Source of the DNA: a virus
Length of the DNA stretch: 64,000 bases
Direction: 5' to 3' (one strand)
IMG/VR virus record: IMGVR_UViG_3300030099_007267
Span: 4,624-68,623 of that record
Below the pieces are notes generated by a model. It did no database searches. It saw only the letters and a program-made list of their open reading frames with translations, and was not told the DNA's origin. Of the stretch, positions 7,083 through 16,336 are shown piece after piece (positions within the stretch are counted from its first letter, which is position 1; every line of letters begins with the position of its first letter). The position numbers were made by a program, and so were the translations under genes.

Positions 7083-9968
7083 ATGACACAAAAAACTCAC
7101 TGGATCCAAGAAGTGAAAAGTCGGTATTCGTTGGAGAGTATCGCTTATCAGCTTGGAATGAAAACAACCGGACGTAACGCCTTTGGGCCGTGTCCCTCCT
7201 GCAATGCACAGAAGAGAGGAGATCACGACAAAAGAGCACCGTTAGCTTTTTTTGTCCCCTTGGGTAGCAAGGAAGCCAGATGGCAATGCTTCTCTTGCGG
7301 AGACAAAGGAGATATGATCGATCTCGTTTCTTACAAGTTCAATGGAGTAAAGGGTAGCCAAGTTGGCGACTGGACTGAGATAAAAAACTTCTTCAAAACC
7401 CACGAGTTCACCGATATTCGAGTGATCGACAAACCAAAATCCAAGATTCCAAAAAAGGATCTGAAGAGACTTTGGTCAGAGGGAGTGGTCGGAAACCCTA
7501 TCGACGGAACCGCTCGTATCGACGTACAACAATTCTTTAAAGATCGAGGACTAAATCATTACTACATTGATGAAGGCTACATATTTGATATAAACTTTCC
7601 CTTTCAAGAACTGGAGAAAGTTATTACATCATCCGGAAAGCCTATGCCCTTTTGGCCTGCTGGATGGGCGTACAGCTATCCTATTGCAATTCCTTTGTTC
7701 GATGCCAATGGTACCTTCTGTTCTTTTCAGGGTCGCGCCATCCGAAAGCAAGAAGGTAAGCCCAAGACAATGTGCCCGGCCGGGTTCTCGATGGATGGGT
7801 TGTTCTTCGCCAATACAACGATGCGACAATTCCTACTGAAGGAATACAACAGCAATCGCTTTTGGATTGTTGAAGGAGAGATGGACTTTCTAGCGATCAC
7901 CTCCAAGCAAGCCAATGAGCCAGTGATGGGCATAAAAAATGGGTCGTTCAGTGCGTTCGATCACATCGCCTTCCCAGCAGGGGCCGAAGTCATCATTGCT
8001 ACTCACAACGACACTGCCGGAAACGAATATGCAAAGAAAATTGCTGTTCGGATCGCTCCACACAAACCTAAGCGCATCTTGCTTCAGGATGGAGATATCA
8101 ACGATTTCATTAAGGACGGTAACACCTTTCAAGACTTGGTTGGGAAAATACAAGATTACCCAGACTACGACAGCGTTTCGGGAGAGATGGCGATAAGAAT
8201 TATGAAAGATCAATTCTTTCGTATGGAAAATGCCAAACGTGCCGAACGTCAGAACTTGATGGATGATTTGATCGATCAAACAGAAGCGATCACAGCGGCG
8301 TTCAAGACCAACAGAGAAGAAGCTACGAAGATATTTACACGCATCAAAAACCTTCACGGTTGTGGAGCTATTGCCAGTAAAATGCTACAAGGTATCAACA
8401 GCCGCCTTCAATCCTATGAATCAGCCGCAGCGGATACTCTCTTGAATACTCCCACAGAAATAGCCACAGTTCAAGGCCCAGACCCAAGCGTAGAACTGCT
8501 TCGTAAGCCCATTCGAGCCAAAGGTCAGATCGTTGGGTACGGTGCGCCTCTTGCACTAGAAGCCAACATCCAACGCATCCTGACAAACGATAGACGTTGG
8601 GCTGGACGGCTTCGATACAATAAAATGAAAGGCGAAGTCGAGGTCGACGAAGAGTCCCTGAAGGCAATCCACGTAACAGAATTTATGATTTGGTTGCAGG
8701 AGAATTACGAAGGACTTCGACTTGACCCCTCTGCGGTTGGACGAGTAATGAACCAAATGGCAGAACGAAACTACGCCTACCATCCTGTCCAAGAAATCCT
8801 CACCGACTGGTGGAAAAACGTTGACCTCAGCGAAGCTCCAGACCACGCTCGACCAGAACATCTATTTACATATTACTTTCGAGCCGAGAGCAAGGTCGAC
8901 GAAAAGAAGATTGCAAAAGGTGGTATCAATCAGAAGTTGCTCAATGAAGCCTACGGACGTATCTTCTGTCGTGGCTTCGTTGCTCGTCAGTTTTTTCCTG
9001 ACTGCATCAGACGAGGAAAGTTTGACTACACCCCAATCGTCATTTCCCCTGCACAAGGTATCGGAAAAGGTAAGGCGCTTGAATCACTCGCAATCGAGCC
9101 TGAGTTCTTCCACCGTGGTAATCCAAACATAGACAAGAAGGACACCGAGATTATGCTCTCTGGGTGCTCTGTCTTTGAGTTTGAGGAGTGCGTCACGTTT
9201 ATCGAGAACCCCTTCACGAAAGTGAAGATGTTCCTGACAAAGTCATCGTTCAAACTTCGAAAACCATACGGAAAAGGCATGGAAGATATACCAGCCAGCG
9301 TTGTTTATGTCGGGTCAACCAACGAAGAAAGCCTTGACTTTCTGGGTGACCCCACAGGTTCTCGACGTTTTATGTCTATGATTGTTGGGGTCGGTGGTGA
9401 TCTACGAGTCGAGGAACTGAGACGCGATCTGAAATATATCTACGCCAGAGCTATGCACTCCTTCTACGGTACAGGTGAGTACGCAAATACTCAATATCAT
9501 CCAGAAGACAATCCAGAAGGCGTTGGACTTCCCAAAGGGTTTAACCTTGATTGTCGCAAAACAGGAAACAACAAAGCTTACCTAGAGATGCTTCCAAACG
9601 GCAAACAGTATCTCGAATGGCAAACCAGATCAAACGCTCGCTTTGCTGCAATGGATCCCTGGATACCATACGTTTCAGATTACTGCGAGGAGGTTTGGAA
9701 AGATTACCACCGAGCAAAAAGAGCAATGTTGGCTGACGCTGAAAAATTACTCTTCATCAGCGTTAAGACCCTTCTGGACAATGTCCTGAAAATACCAGCA
9801 ATGAAACAGGACCGGAAAGCATCTAAGAGAGTCGGAGAGGTGTTGATACAGGTAGGACTTAAACCTTCTGGGCAAAAGTGGCACGGTAAGAAGAAGGTCG
9901 CTGTCTGGAAAATACCAATGGGATTATTTAAAGAACCAACCCTTGACGAACTAAGCAAAGGAAGATAA
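7083..9968 (+). CDS. primase-helicase: Zn finger + TOPRIM + VirE/VapE-like ATPase
   Basis: CPSC/CFSC..GD.IDLV; IVEGEMD, HNDTAG, DIND; QGIGKG Walker A, RKPYG, GSTN, DPTGSRRF. Confidence 0.9.
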   Translation: MTQKTHWIQEVKSRYSLESIAYQLGMKTTGRNAFGPCPSCNAQKRGDHDKRAPLAFFVPLGSKEARWQCFSCGDKGDMIDLVSYKFNGVKGSQVGDWTEIKNFFKTHEFTDIRVIDKPKSKIPKKDLKRLWSEGVVGNPIDGTARIDVQQFFKDRGLNHYYIDEGYIFDINFPFQELEKVITSSGKPMPFWPAGWAYSYPIAIPLFDANGTFCSFQGRAIRKQEGKPKTMCPAGFSMDGLFFANTTMRQFLLKEYNSNRFWIVEGEMDFLAITSKQANEPVMGIKNGSFSAFDHIAFPAGAEVIIATHNDTAGNEYAKKIAVRIAPHKPKRILLQDGDINDFIKDGNTFQDLVGKIQDYPDYDSVSGEMAIRIMKDQFFRMENAKRAERQNLMDDLIDQTEAITAAFKTNREEATKIFTRIKNLHGCGAIASKMLQGINSRLQSYESAAADTLLNTPTEIATVQGPDPSVELLRKPIRAKGQIVGYGAPLALEANIQRILTNDRRWAGRLRYNKMKGEVEVDEESLKAIHVTEFMIWLQENYEGLRLDPSAVGRVMNQMAERNYAYHPVQEILTDWWKNVDLSEAPDHARPEHLFTYYFRAESKVDEKKIAKGGINQKLLNEAYGRIFCRGFVARQFFPDCIRRGKFDYTPIVISPAQGIGKGKALESLAIEPEFFHRGNPNIDKKDTEIMLSGCSVFEFEECVTFIENPFTKVKMFLTKSSFKLRKPYGKGMEDIPASVVYVGSTNEESLDFLGDPTGSRRFMSMIVGVGGDLRVEELRRDLKYIYARAMHSFYGTGEYANTQYHPEDNPEGVGLPKGFNLDCRKTGNNKAYLEMLPNGKQYLEWQTRSNARFAAMDPWIPYVSDYCEEVWKDYHRAKRAMLADAEKLLFISVKTLLDNVLKIPAMKQDRKASKRVGEVLIQVGLKPSGQKWHGKKKVAVWKIPMGLFKEPTLDELSKGR

Positions 9969-10010
9969 TAATTAGTGTGCTGCCATTTTTGGAAGTCGTT
10001 AGTTGATATG

Positions 10011-10040
10011 AAGCCCTCTCACCTCCTGAGAGGGTTTTTT
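10011..10040 (+). terminator. intrinsic terminator after primase (likely bidirectional)
   Basis: AAGCCCTCTCA-CCTCC-TGAGAGGGTTTTTT. Confidence 0.8.
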
Positions 10041-10170
10041 ATATTTTTAGGTCGATACTTGGATGGCAGTCGCAAGGATCGCAATCGCAAACAGGGCAGA
10101 CCTGACACGAGTAAACCATTACTGCCATCAATGCCCACAAACTTCCAATGAACAAAAACAAACCAATCAC
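10039..10170 (-). CDS. 43-aa TM + Cys-rich peptide (not in ORF track)
   Basis: GTG start after AGGTG; (M)IGLFLFIGSLWALMAVMVYSCQVCPVCDCDPCDCHPSIDLKI*. Confidence 0.55.
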   Translation of the reverse strand: MIGLFLFIGSLWALMAVMVYSCQVCPVCDCDPCDCHPSIDLKI

Positions 10171-10242
10171 GCTGCACCTATATTGCTGATCCCAATTAAC
10201 TTAAATAAACTGCCAAAGCAACATTCAACACAAGGAGACGAT

Positions 10243-10332
10243 ATGTTGTTTCTAATTACGTTGCTGGCCTGTGGTGCTTGCTCAGAAAAAAAGGACACTT
10301 CAGAAGACACAGCTACTGAACTTCCCGAATAA
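10243..10332 (+). CDS. 29-aa putative lipoprotein
   Basis: AGGAG RBS; MLFLITLLAC lipobox-like, then GACSEKKDTSEDTATELPE*. Confidence 0.45.
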   Translation: MLFLITLLACGACSEKKDTSEDTATELPE

Positions 10333-10486
10333 TTACTGTGCCCTCTCGGCACACAAACTTCTCTCCGTCTTCTATTCCGATGAAGATAAGAAATCCCCGC
10401 TTGACCCCACGGTATCGTACTATGCGCACCGTGGGGTCGTCGCTCCAACAGATGGCGTACTTTTCGTCGACAACCAAATCAATCAT
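10313..10486 (-). CDS. 57-aa hypothetical (not in ORF track)
   Basis: MIDLVVDEKYAICWSDDPTVRIVRYRGVKRGFLIF...; ATGA overlap with upstream gene. Confidence 0.6.
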   Translation of the reverse strand: MIDLVVDEKYAICWSDDPTVRIVRYRGVKRGFLIFIGIEDGEKFVCREGTVIIREVQ

Positions 10487-10767
10487 TGTACCGATGTTTC
10501 AAATTCTGAAGGCATCTCTTCTGTTGGATCATCATCAGTATGACGAATTACCTCGATGGAAAAGATGAGCGTCATCTCTTCTTCTCCATCTGAATCACTT
10601 ACTATAATCTTTTGACCATCTGAAAATCGATCAAACGCCTTCTCTGGAATAGCTTGCCACACGGCTTTGCCGTACTTCAATGCCGCCTCGATGCGAGTTC
10701 CAGCAGGGATCACTAGAGTTGCACCCTTCTCAGTCTTGACTATTTTCTTATCCATAAAACCATCCAC
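10483..10767 (-). CDS. hypothetical protein
   Basis: ORF in coupled minus-strand operon. Confidence 0.6.
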   Translation of the reverse strand: MDGFMDKKIVKTEKGATLVIPAGTRIEAALKYGKAVWQAIPEKAFDRFSDGQKIIVSDSDGEEEMTLIFSIEVIRHTDDDPTEEMPSEFETSVQ

Positions 10768-10934
10768 GCCATCAAAAAACGTCTCCAGAAGGTTAGACGG
10801 ATCGGCTCACTGGCCGAACGAGATCGATGACGTATTCGTTTTAACTCGTGATCTGTAATAAATAAACACTCTTGCTCATTTTTATCATTAATAACTCGGA
10901 CAACATTGTACATATCTACTTTTGTTATTCTCAT
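10740..10934 (-). CDS. hypothetical protein
   Basis: Start taken at MRITK (ATGA overlap with 10931 stop; GGAGG upstream). Confidence 0.55.
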   Translation of the reverse strand: MRITKVDMYNVVRVINDKNEQECLFITDHELKRIRHRSRSASEPIRLTFWRRFLMAWMVLWIRK

Positions 10935-11173
10935 TTCTTTCCCCTCCACAACACAGGATGCTCTTCCACCGCCTGGTATACAATCGTTCTAGGCGGTACA
11001 CCGAGAAGACGAGCAAGACTGCCGCATATCAACAGCACCGTGTCCAGACTAGGCTCTTCTCCATTGCGCCACCGTTTGATACTCCCTTTCGAAAGGCCAA
11101 CTCTGCGATTTAACCACGACTGAGTCTTGCCCATCTCATTAAGCTTAAATACTAACCACTCTCCAAAATTCAT
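10931..11173 (-). CDS. XRE-family HTH protein
   Basis: FGEWL..KL..MGKTQSWL..VGLS..SI.RW.NG..PSL. Confidence 0.85.
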   Translation of the reverse strand: MNFGEWLVFKLNEMGKTQSWLNRRVGLSKGSIKRWRNGEEPSLDTVLLICGSLARLLGVPPRTIVYQAVEEHPVLWRGKK

Positions 11174-11370
11174 TTTATATCCTCCATCTGTACAATCTCT
11201 ATGTACCGATCATCGTAACAAACACACGTTGAACTGTCAGCCATATCGTGCTTGTACGGTATGCAGTACTCAGTGCAAAGAGGACGGTTGATCTCCATCT
11301 TGAAGTAATCCCACAACAAGATGAAGATCATCGTCAGCACCGAAATGATTCCAGTTAACGTTACACGCAT
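11170..11370 (-). CDS. small TM + Cys protein
   Basis: N-terminal hydrophobic helix; CxxxC...CxC. Confidence 0.6.
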   Translation of the reverse strand: MRVTLTGIISVLTMIFILLWDYFKMEINRPLCTEYCIPYKHDMADSSTCVCYDDRYIEIVQMEDIK

Positions 11371-11609
11371 ATCACTTTGATCGCTTCACTGAACGGCAAC
11401 GGCATCCCAATCCCATTGCACAGTTGGAACATCGTGCGAGTTGTGACGGGTCGTCTGCCATACTCAATGTCCTGATAAAACTTTACGTTCAATCCAGCAC
11501 GCTTCGCTGCCTCTTTTTGAGTGATGCCCAACTGGCGACGATAACTCGCGACCACCTGACCTATACATTTTAACCAAGATTCATACTCTGTCTTTTGTTC
11601 TTCAGTCAT
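11361..11609 (-). CDS. XRE-family HTH protein
   Basis: IGQVVASYRRQLGITQKEAAKRAGL..FYQDIEYGRR. Confidence 0.9.
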   Translation of the reverse strand: MTEEQKTEYESWLKCIGQVVASYRRQLGITQKEAAKRAGLNVKFYQDIEYGRRPVTTRTMFQLCNGIGMPLPFSEAIKVICV

Positions 11610-11782
11610 CTGTTTTTTCTCCTAGACTTTTTTTGTTGTTTACGTTTCTTCTTCATCGCTTCCCTTTTGCTCTGCGATACTTCTTTACGTTCGTTTGCTT
11701 CCTGCTTTGGAAGATGCCTTATCTGCCAGCTATCTACACTGGACATGTGCTCCCCTGGCTTGTATGCCTTCTTTCCACTCAT
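11606..11782 (-). CDS. 58-aa basic protein (not in ORF track)
   Basis: MSGKKAYKPGEH...KKKRKQQKKSRRKNR*; ATGA overlaps at both ends. Confidence 0.65.
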   Translation of the reverse strand: MSGKKAYKPGEHMSSVDSWQIRHLPKQEANERKEVSQSKREAMKKKRKQQKKSRRKNR

Positions 11783-12207
11783 TCTTCTACTCCTTTGTAT
11801 AGGTAGATCATCCTACCGTTTATTATGTCTGCTCTTTCGTCGCGAAGAGCAATCTCCTCGTTCATTGAAATAGGGTTCGATCCCACTAAAACGGAAAGAC
11901 GATTGTCGATATACTCAAGGCGACCAAGCAAACGTTCGGTTCGAACCAAGTGCATCCTCATCGTTTGATCCACAAAAGTACCTTTAGGTGCTGACACCCT
12001 TCTATGCACTACAGGATGAGTACGACCATAAGGACTTTTTTCTACTTGTATCACCAGCAACCCTAAATCGAAAGTGGTACACAAATCGTCATCCGGAATA
12101 ATCGGCTGGTCTAGCTTCGAATACGCATAGAGAATATGCTCCGGTTGAGAGAACTTATCCAAGATCATTATGATCTCTTTTGTGTACATCTCTATTATTT
12201 TATTCAT
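11779..12207 (-). CDS. hypothetical protein
   Basis: 142-aa ORF, ATGA coupling. Confidence 0.65.
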   Translation of the reverse strand: MNKIIEMYTKEIIMILDKFSQPEHILYAYSKLDQPIIPDDDLCTTFDLGLLVIQVEKSPYGRTHPVVHRRVSAPKGTFVDQTMRMHLVRTERLLGRLEYIDNRLSVLVGSNPISMNEEIALRDERADIINGRMIYLYKGVEE

Positions 12208-12485
12208 CTGTTTGTCCTATAAAAAACTGAGTGTGTTGCCATCCAAGGCTCAACTCTTGGGTCGTTCGATATCGTGTGTCGATACCACATCTCTCGGTCC
12301 CAGCCACCATCCCTCGGTTGCCAAACCTTTATCGTTCCTTCTTTCATTGCCTGAGCACTCCAAGTCGTCCCATTAAGTTTGGTGCCAATCACCTCTATTC
12401 GGAAAGGCTCGTGGACTAGAACAAACTGTTCAGGAGAAGCAGACTTGTAGGCATCAATCACTTTCATTCGCTGCTCATTGTCCAT
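12204..12485 (-). CDS. hypothetical protein
   Basis: Start reassigned to MDNEQ (12485) to avoid long overlap. Confidence 0.55.
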   Translation of the reverse strand: MDNEQRMKVIDAYKSASPEQFVLVHEPFRIEVIGTKLNGTTWSAQAMKEGTIKVWQPRDGGWDREMWYRHTISNDPRVEPWMATHSVFYRTNR

Positions 12486-12777
12486 GCCTAGCATCCCAAA
12501 GCAACCCTGTAATCTTGTTGAACTCATCTCGTTGCTTTTGCTTAGATATCTCCCATTGCTCATCGTAATCCGCAGCATCCTCATCAAGCACACCAACAAA
12601 CAACTGATAGCAAACTTCATCGAGGATATGGAGACGAGGCCTTAGACCTCGCTCCCAACCAAGAAGAACGTGCTCTCCAATACCAGTCGCCCTAGCCAAG
12701 CTTGAATGAGTAAACCCAGCTTCCTTCATATGAGCGCGTAACCATTCCTTAAACACCAAGCCTTCTTCTTTACTCAT
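12475..12777 (-). CDS. XRE-family HTH protein
   Basis: FKEWLRAHMKEAGFTHSSLARATGI..WERGLRP; start MSKEE. Confidence 0.8.
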   Translation of the reverse strand: MSKEEGLVFKEWLRAHMKEAGFTHSSLARATGIGEHVLLGWERGLRPRLHILDEVCYQLFVGVLDEDAADYDEQWEISKQKQRDEFNKITGLLWDARHGQ

Positions 12778-13177
12778 CTTTATTCTCAATTTTTTTCGTT
12801 GTTTTCGACTTGTACAAGGCAATGTAATCTGAAATTAAATTCCAGTATTTGCTCAGGTTTTCCGACATCCCATCGCTCCAAATAATCACACCTGTCCTCG
12901 GATTAAGTTTTCCAATGTCGCCATCATAATATGCCACTGGTACGATGTATCCCTCTTCCTCACCTCGATTGTACAGGTCTAAATCAGGAACGGGAGCTTC
13001 CAATGCTGATTGCGGTATCACATGCCACGGAACTAGATCGGAAACCAGATCGTCATCTGAGGACTCCCAAATTATCTTCATAAGCTGAACAGTTTGCTCC
13101 GAAGATAAACCTGAGAGGGTTTCTCCGAGAGCTTCGTTCAGAAACTGAAGGATTTTAACTTTTAATCGTCTACTCAT
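12770..13177 (-). CDS. hypothetical protein
   Basis: 135-aa ORF overlapping neighbours by 8 nt. Confidence 0.65.
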   Translation of the reverse strand: MSRRLKVKILQFLNEALGETLSGLSSEQTVQLMKIIWESSDDDLVSDLVPWHVIPQSALEAPVPDLDLYNRGEEEGYIVPVAYYDGDIGKLNPRTGVIIWSDGMSENLSKYWNLISDYIALYKSKTTKKIENKDE

Positions 13178-14648
13178 CTCTAAATCTCCTTTTTAGAATA
13201 CTAAACGCTGCCGCTGCACACTGAGGCACCACTGAGTTGCCCAAGGCTTTTACACGATTGACTCGGTTGTCCTTGCGCTCAGTAAGGCGAGGGATGCCCT
13301 CCTCCCAACTGCCATCTTGCCAAGACGATGGATTGATTATCTCAACCGATACATCCTTCTCCAAATCTGTAAACCCAGACGGAAGACCCATAAGCGGCTC
13401 AACCCAATCTGGATTTAACTTCCCTGGTAGCCACTCAATAGGCTCTCCAGTCCCACGATGATCATCAGCAGAATACCGACGACCACCAGACTCGATGAAG
13501 CGAGACAACGAATGACTGCCCAACTTGTGTCCATCTCCTCTAACAGGTGTCGGCAAAAGCTCGTTCTGAAAAGCAGGAACATAAGACCCCAACCGAACAC
13601 TATTACCCTTGCGCTTGACCTGAGCACGAATAGAGTGCTCACTGCCTCCATCTTTGTAATCTGTCGACGTTGGAGTAGGCCACATCTTCGATTCTCTCAT
13701 ATCTCTTATTGGATACCCGAACTTCACTTGTTCAGACAAGTTCCCCGGTGGTACCGTTTTTCTCCCGCCCTTGTTTCGCCATTCCTCTCTCTTCTTTAAA
13801 GATTCAGCCGAACGCTCCTGAATGTTCGTTGCGCAAGGAGTCAGCCACATTAGTCTAGGATCTTCTCGTAGATTTCCTGATCGCTGCCTTTTGGAACCGT
13901 CATTTCCTCGATTAAGCTGACGCTCTAAGGCCTCTCCCTCTCGACGTGGAAGATGGTCCATTGTATTCGGAGTATTGAACCAACCAGGCTTACATACTGG
14001 CTGCTCACGAGAATACAATCTATTGCCGGTCGCCATCCCAGCCTTCGGTAGTTTATCAAACGACTGAGGACTGAATAAGTCTATTTGTTGTGGTGCCCAT
14101 TTGGAATTGTTCAGGAAACCAATCTGGTCGTAACCATCAAACAATAGCTCCTCTTTGTGAGCAATAGCCCACCATCTCTCTCGACGATGCCAAGCTCCCA
14201 CATCCGATGCAGACAAGCAGAACCATTCGATGGTCCAACCGCTCTTTACAATCGACTCGGTGACCACATCTAAACCTCGACCAGTAATCGCTGGCACGTT
14301 CTCGAACAAAACAAAGCGAGGGTGCAGGTAAAATGCTGCTAACTCCCACATGTCTAAGAATAGACCAGAACGTGTCCCCTCCTTAATACCCTTGCCGTGA
14401 CCGGCCACACTCAAATCCTGACACGGAAAGCCCCCCACCAAGATGTCAGGGCTGGTAATCTTCATACGTGGAAGGTCGGTTACATCATCGTAGATGGGTG
14501 TACCAGGAAATCGCTTGGACAATAGCTTCTGACAAAATGAATCTGACTCGCAAAACCAAACTGTCTCTGCATTGCCACCTAGAGCATCTATGACACCCAA
14601 GTCCAATGAACCTATACCACTAAACAGTGAGCCTATTTTAACGGGCAT
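13170..14648 (-). CDS. DNA (cytosine-5) methyltransferase with expanded repetitive variable region
   Basis: SLFSGIG, GGFPCQD, FENV, HRRERW, ALGNSVVP; AGGAGG RBS. Confidence 0.93.
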   Translation of the reverse strand: MPVKIGSLFSGIGSLDLGVIDALGGNAETVWFCESDSFCQKLLSKRFPGTPIYDDVTDLPRMKITSPDILVGGFPCQDLSVAGHGKGIKEGTRSGLFLDMWELAAFYLHPRFVLFENVPAITGRGLDVVTESIVKSGWTIEWFCLSASDVGAWHRRERWWAIAHKEELLFDGYDQIGFLNNSKWAPQQIDLFSPQSFDKLPKAGMATGNRLYSREQPVCKPGWFNTPNTMDHLPRREGEALERQLNRGNDGSKRQRSGNLREDPRLMWLTPCATNIQERSAESLKKREEWRNKGGRKTVPPGNLSEQVKFGYPIRDMRESKMWPTPTSTDYKDGGSEHSIRAQVKRKGNSVRLGSYVPAFQNELLPTPVRGDGHKLGSHSLSRFIESGGRRYSADDHRGTGEPIEWLPGKLNPDWVEPLMGLPSGFTDLEKDVSVEIINPSSWQDGSWEEGIPRLTERKDNRVNRVKALGNSVVPQCAAAAFSILKRRFRDE

Positions 14649-14793
14649 AGAACACCTCCTTATATATATCCAATAGCGCTAAGCGTCGATTGCCTTCCGC
14701 TTTAACCAAAACCTCTGAGAATAACTCTCTCGTTCGTTGCTTACCTTTTGTCCGGAGTATGTATCTCCAGTATCTTGCAGTTAGTTGTGTCAT
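14638..14793 (-). CDS. 51-aa hypothetical (not in ORF track)
   Basis: AGGAGG RBS; MTQLTARYWRYILRTKGKQRTRELFSEVL...YAR*. Confidence 0.65.
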   Translation of the reverse strand: MTQLTARYWRYILRTKGKQRTRELFSEVLVKAEGNRRLALLDIYKEVFYAR

Positions 14794-14817
14794 GTTTACC
14801 TCCTATGACGTATCAGT

Positions 14818-14846
14818 ATTGTACCACGAAATAGTGTTCTGGGCAC
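14818..14846 (-). promoter_or_regulatory. extended -10 promoter for the leftward arm
   Basis: GTGCCC-17-TACAAT with TG at the extended position. Confidence 0.6.
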
Positions 14847-14932
14847 CTTTTATTTGTCTCGTGGTTAGTTGGTTTGCTTATGGGCCCGAACAACTCGGCA
14901 ACATCACGAAAGTCAAAAAAGGATAGAAAAGT

Positions 14933-15196
14933 AAGTTGGTAGCCTATGTACTCGTCCAGTAGGAGCATATAGAAGAAATCGCACCAAAAAACCCCAATAT
15001 CGCAAAACTTTTCTGCCAAAAATAAATATTAAATTAATAATTAAAATAATTAAAGCTGATATCATACAATTATTTTAATTATTATAATTAAATATCTAAT
15101 ATTACAAAATACATATTTTTTTATAGCAATTTACTATATTTATATACTGTTTTTACCAGAGATGTAGAGAGGTAGGGGGTTGTAGACTACCAACTT
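14933..15196. other. candidate replication origin
   Basis: Near-pure A/T tract about 15019-15150 centred between inverted repeats AAGTTGGTAG (14933) / CTACCAACTT (15187); non-coding; apparent GC-skew inversion. Confidence 0.55.
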
Positions 15197-15422
15197 CAAA
15201 AACACACAGGATCTAGAGTTGTTCTATGATTACCACAGCAACGGACTTTGCAACAAAACCTAACTTCTGGAGAGAAAAAGCAAAGTTAGGAATTGACTAA
15301 TTTTTACTTCAAAAATCACCTTTTTGCCTCACAGGACAATTTTGTAAGAGAAATCTCGTGCAACACCTTTCAAAAGAAATAATACTCTACAAGAGACATC
15401 AGGAATATGGAGGCTATGTCAT

Positions 15423-15983
15423 TTGCGTCTATCACTAAAACCAAATCAACTATGTTGGATGGAGGAAGTCCCGAAGATACCGGTGCTTCGGATGATTCGG
15501 TCCAAGCACAGGATAAAGCAGCACGGTTATTTTCACCGGAAGAATGAACGAGTCAATTATCTATTAAGCTTGAAGACAGGGATCATTTGGTTTCGGTATT
15601 ATGGGGACAAACGGTTTGTATCTACTTGGCAAAGTGCATTTTTCAACTTTGAAAGATTGAAGCAACGAGGTGGGGACACGACAATTTGCTGTCCGTTTTG
15701 TGGTACTCAGGTAGAAGAGGTTTGGTTTTTTGCCAAAACATTGCGTTGTGAGCACTGTTTATGGGTTGCTGATCGATGGGGAAAACAGATGGATATGAGT
15801 AAATCTAGACGAATGAAAATACGAAAAGGAGATTTATTGTCTGTTGCGGAAGGATTATCTTCTGGAAATCCAATGGAAATTTATATGACAATGGTTGCGA
15901 TGGAGATGGCTGGATTATCCCCGCGAAAGCTTACAACAGAAAAAACAAATCAAAAATGGGATATTGTGAGATACAAATGGTAA
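15423..15983 (+). CDS. Zn-finger-containing hypothetical protein
   Basis: GGAGG 9 nt before TTG; CPFCG...CEHC. Confidence 0.7.
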   Translation: MRLSLKPNQLCWMEEVPKIPVLRMIRSKHRIKQHGYFHRKNERVNYLLSLKTGIIWFRYYGDKRFVSTWQSAFFNFERLKQRGGDTTICCPFCGTQVEEVWFFAKTLRCEHCLWVADRWGKQMDMSKSRRMKIRKGDLLSVAEGLSSGNPMEIYMTMVAMEMAGLSPRKLTTEKTNQKWDIVRYKW

Positions 15984-16291
15984 AAATTGTCGGTTTTGCC
16001 GGAAACTTTTATGTTTTATCTGGATGGAACATTGACCGGACCGGTACTTTTCAAAAAAAATACTGGATAAATCAAAAGGGAAAACGCCCGGCAGCAGTCG
16101 TCCTGTACTCGGATGGAAGATACAAAGCTCTCCTGTACGACCCAGAAGGAGAATTGATCGATGTTATCGCTGGTCAATCCAAACGAGAGTTCTTCAATCG
16201 GATACGTGATTCTCTAGCTTTCTATGTGGAAGAGGGAAAAATCCATCCCAACCGAACATCCAAGGAGTTCAAGGATTGGTTTGGTATTTAG
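15977..16291 (+). CDS. hypothetical protein
   Basis: Start at MVKIV overlapping previous stop. Confidence 0.6.
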   Translation: MVKIVGFAGNFYVLSGWNIDRTGTFQKKYWINQKGKRPAAVVLYSDGRYKALLYDPEGELIDVIAGQSKREFFNRIRDSLAFYVEEGKIHPNRTSKEFKDWFGI

Positions 16292-16336
16292 ACTATCGCG
16301 ACACTGTAACAAGCTGGCTCGTTGTCGCGTGGACTG

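Noticed and set aside
10167-10448. 93-aa minus-strand ORF
   Set aside because: It overlaps the better-coupled 10313..10486 ORF and has no RBS.
15416-15547. 43-aa ORF MSFASITK...
   Set aside because: GGAGG is only 2 nt from this ATG but well spaced for TTG 15423 of the longer gene.
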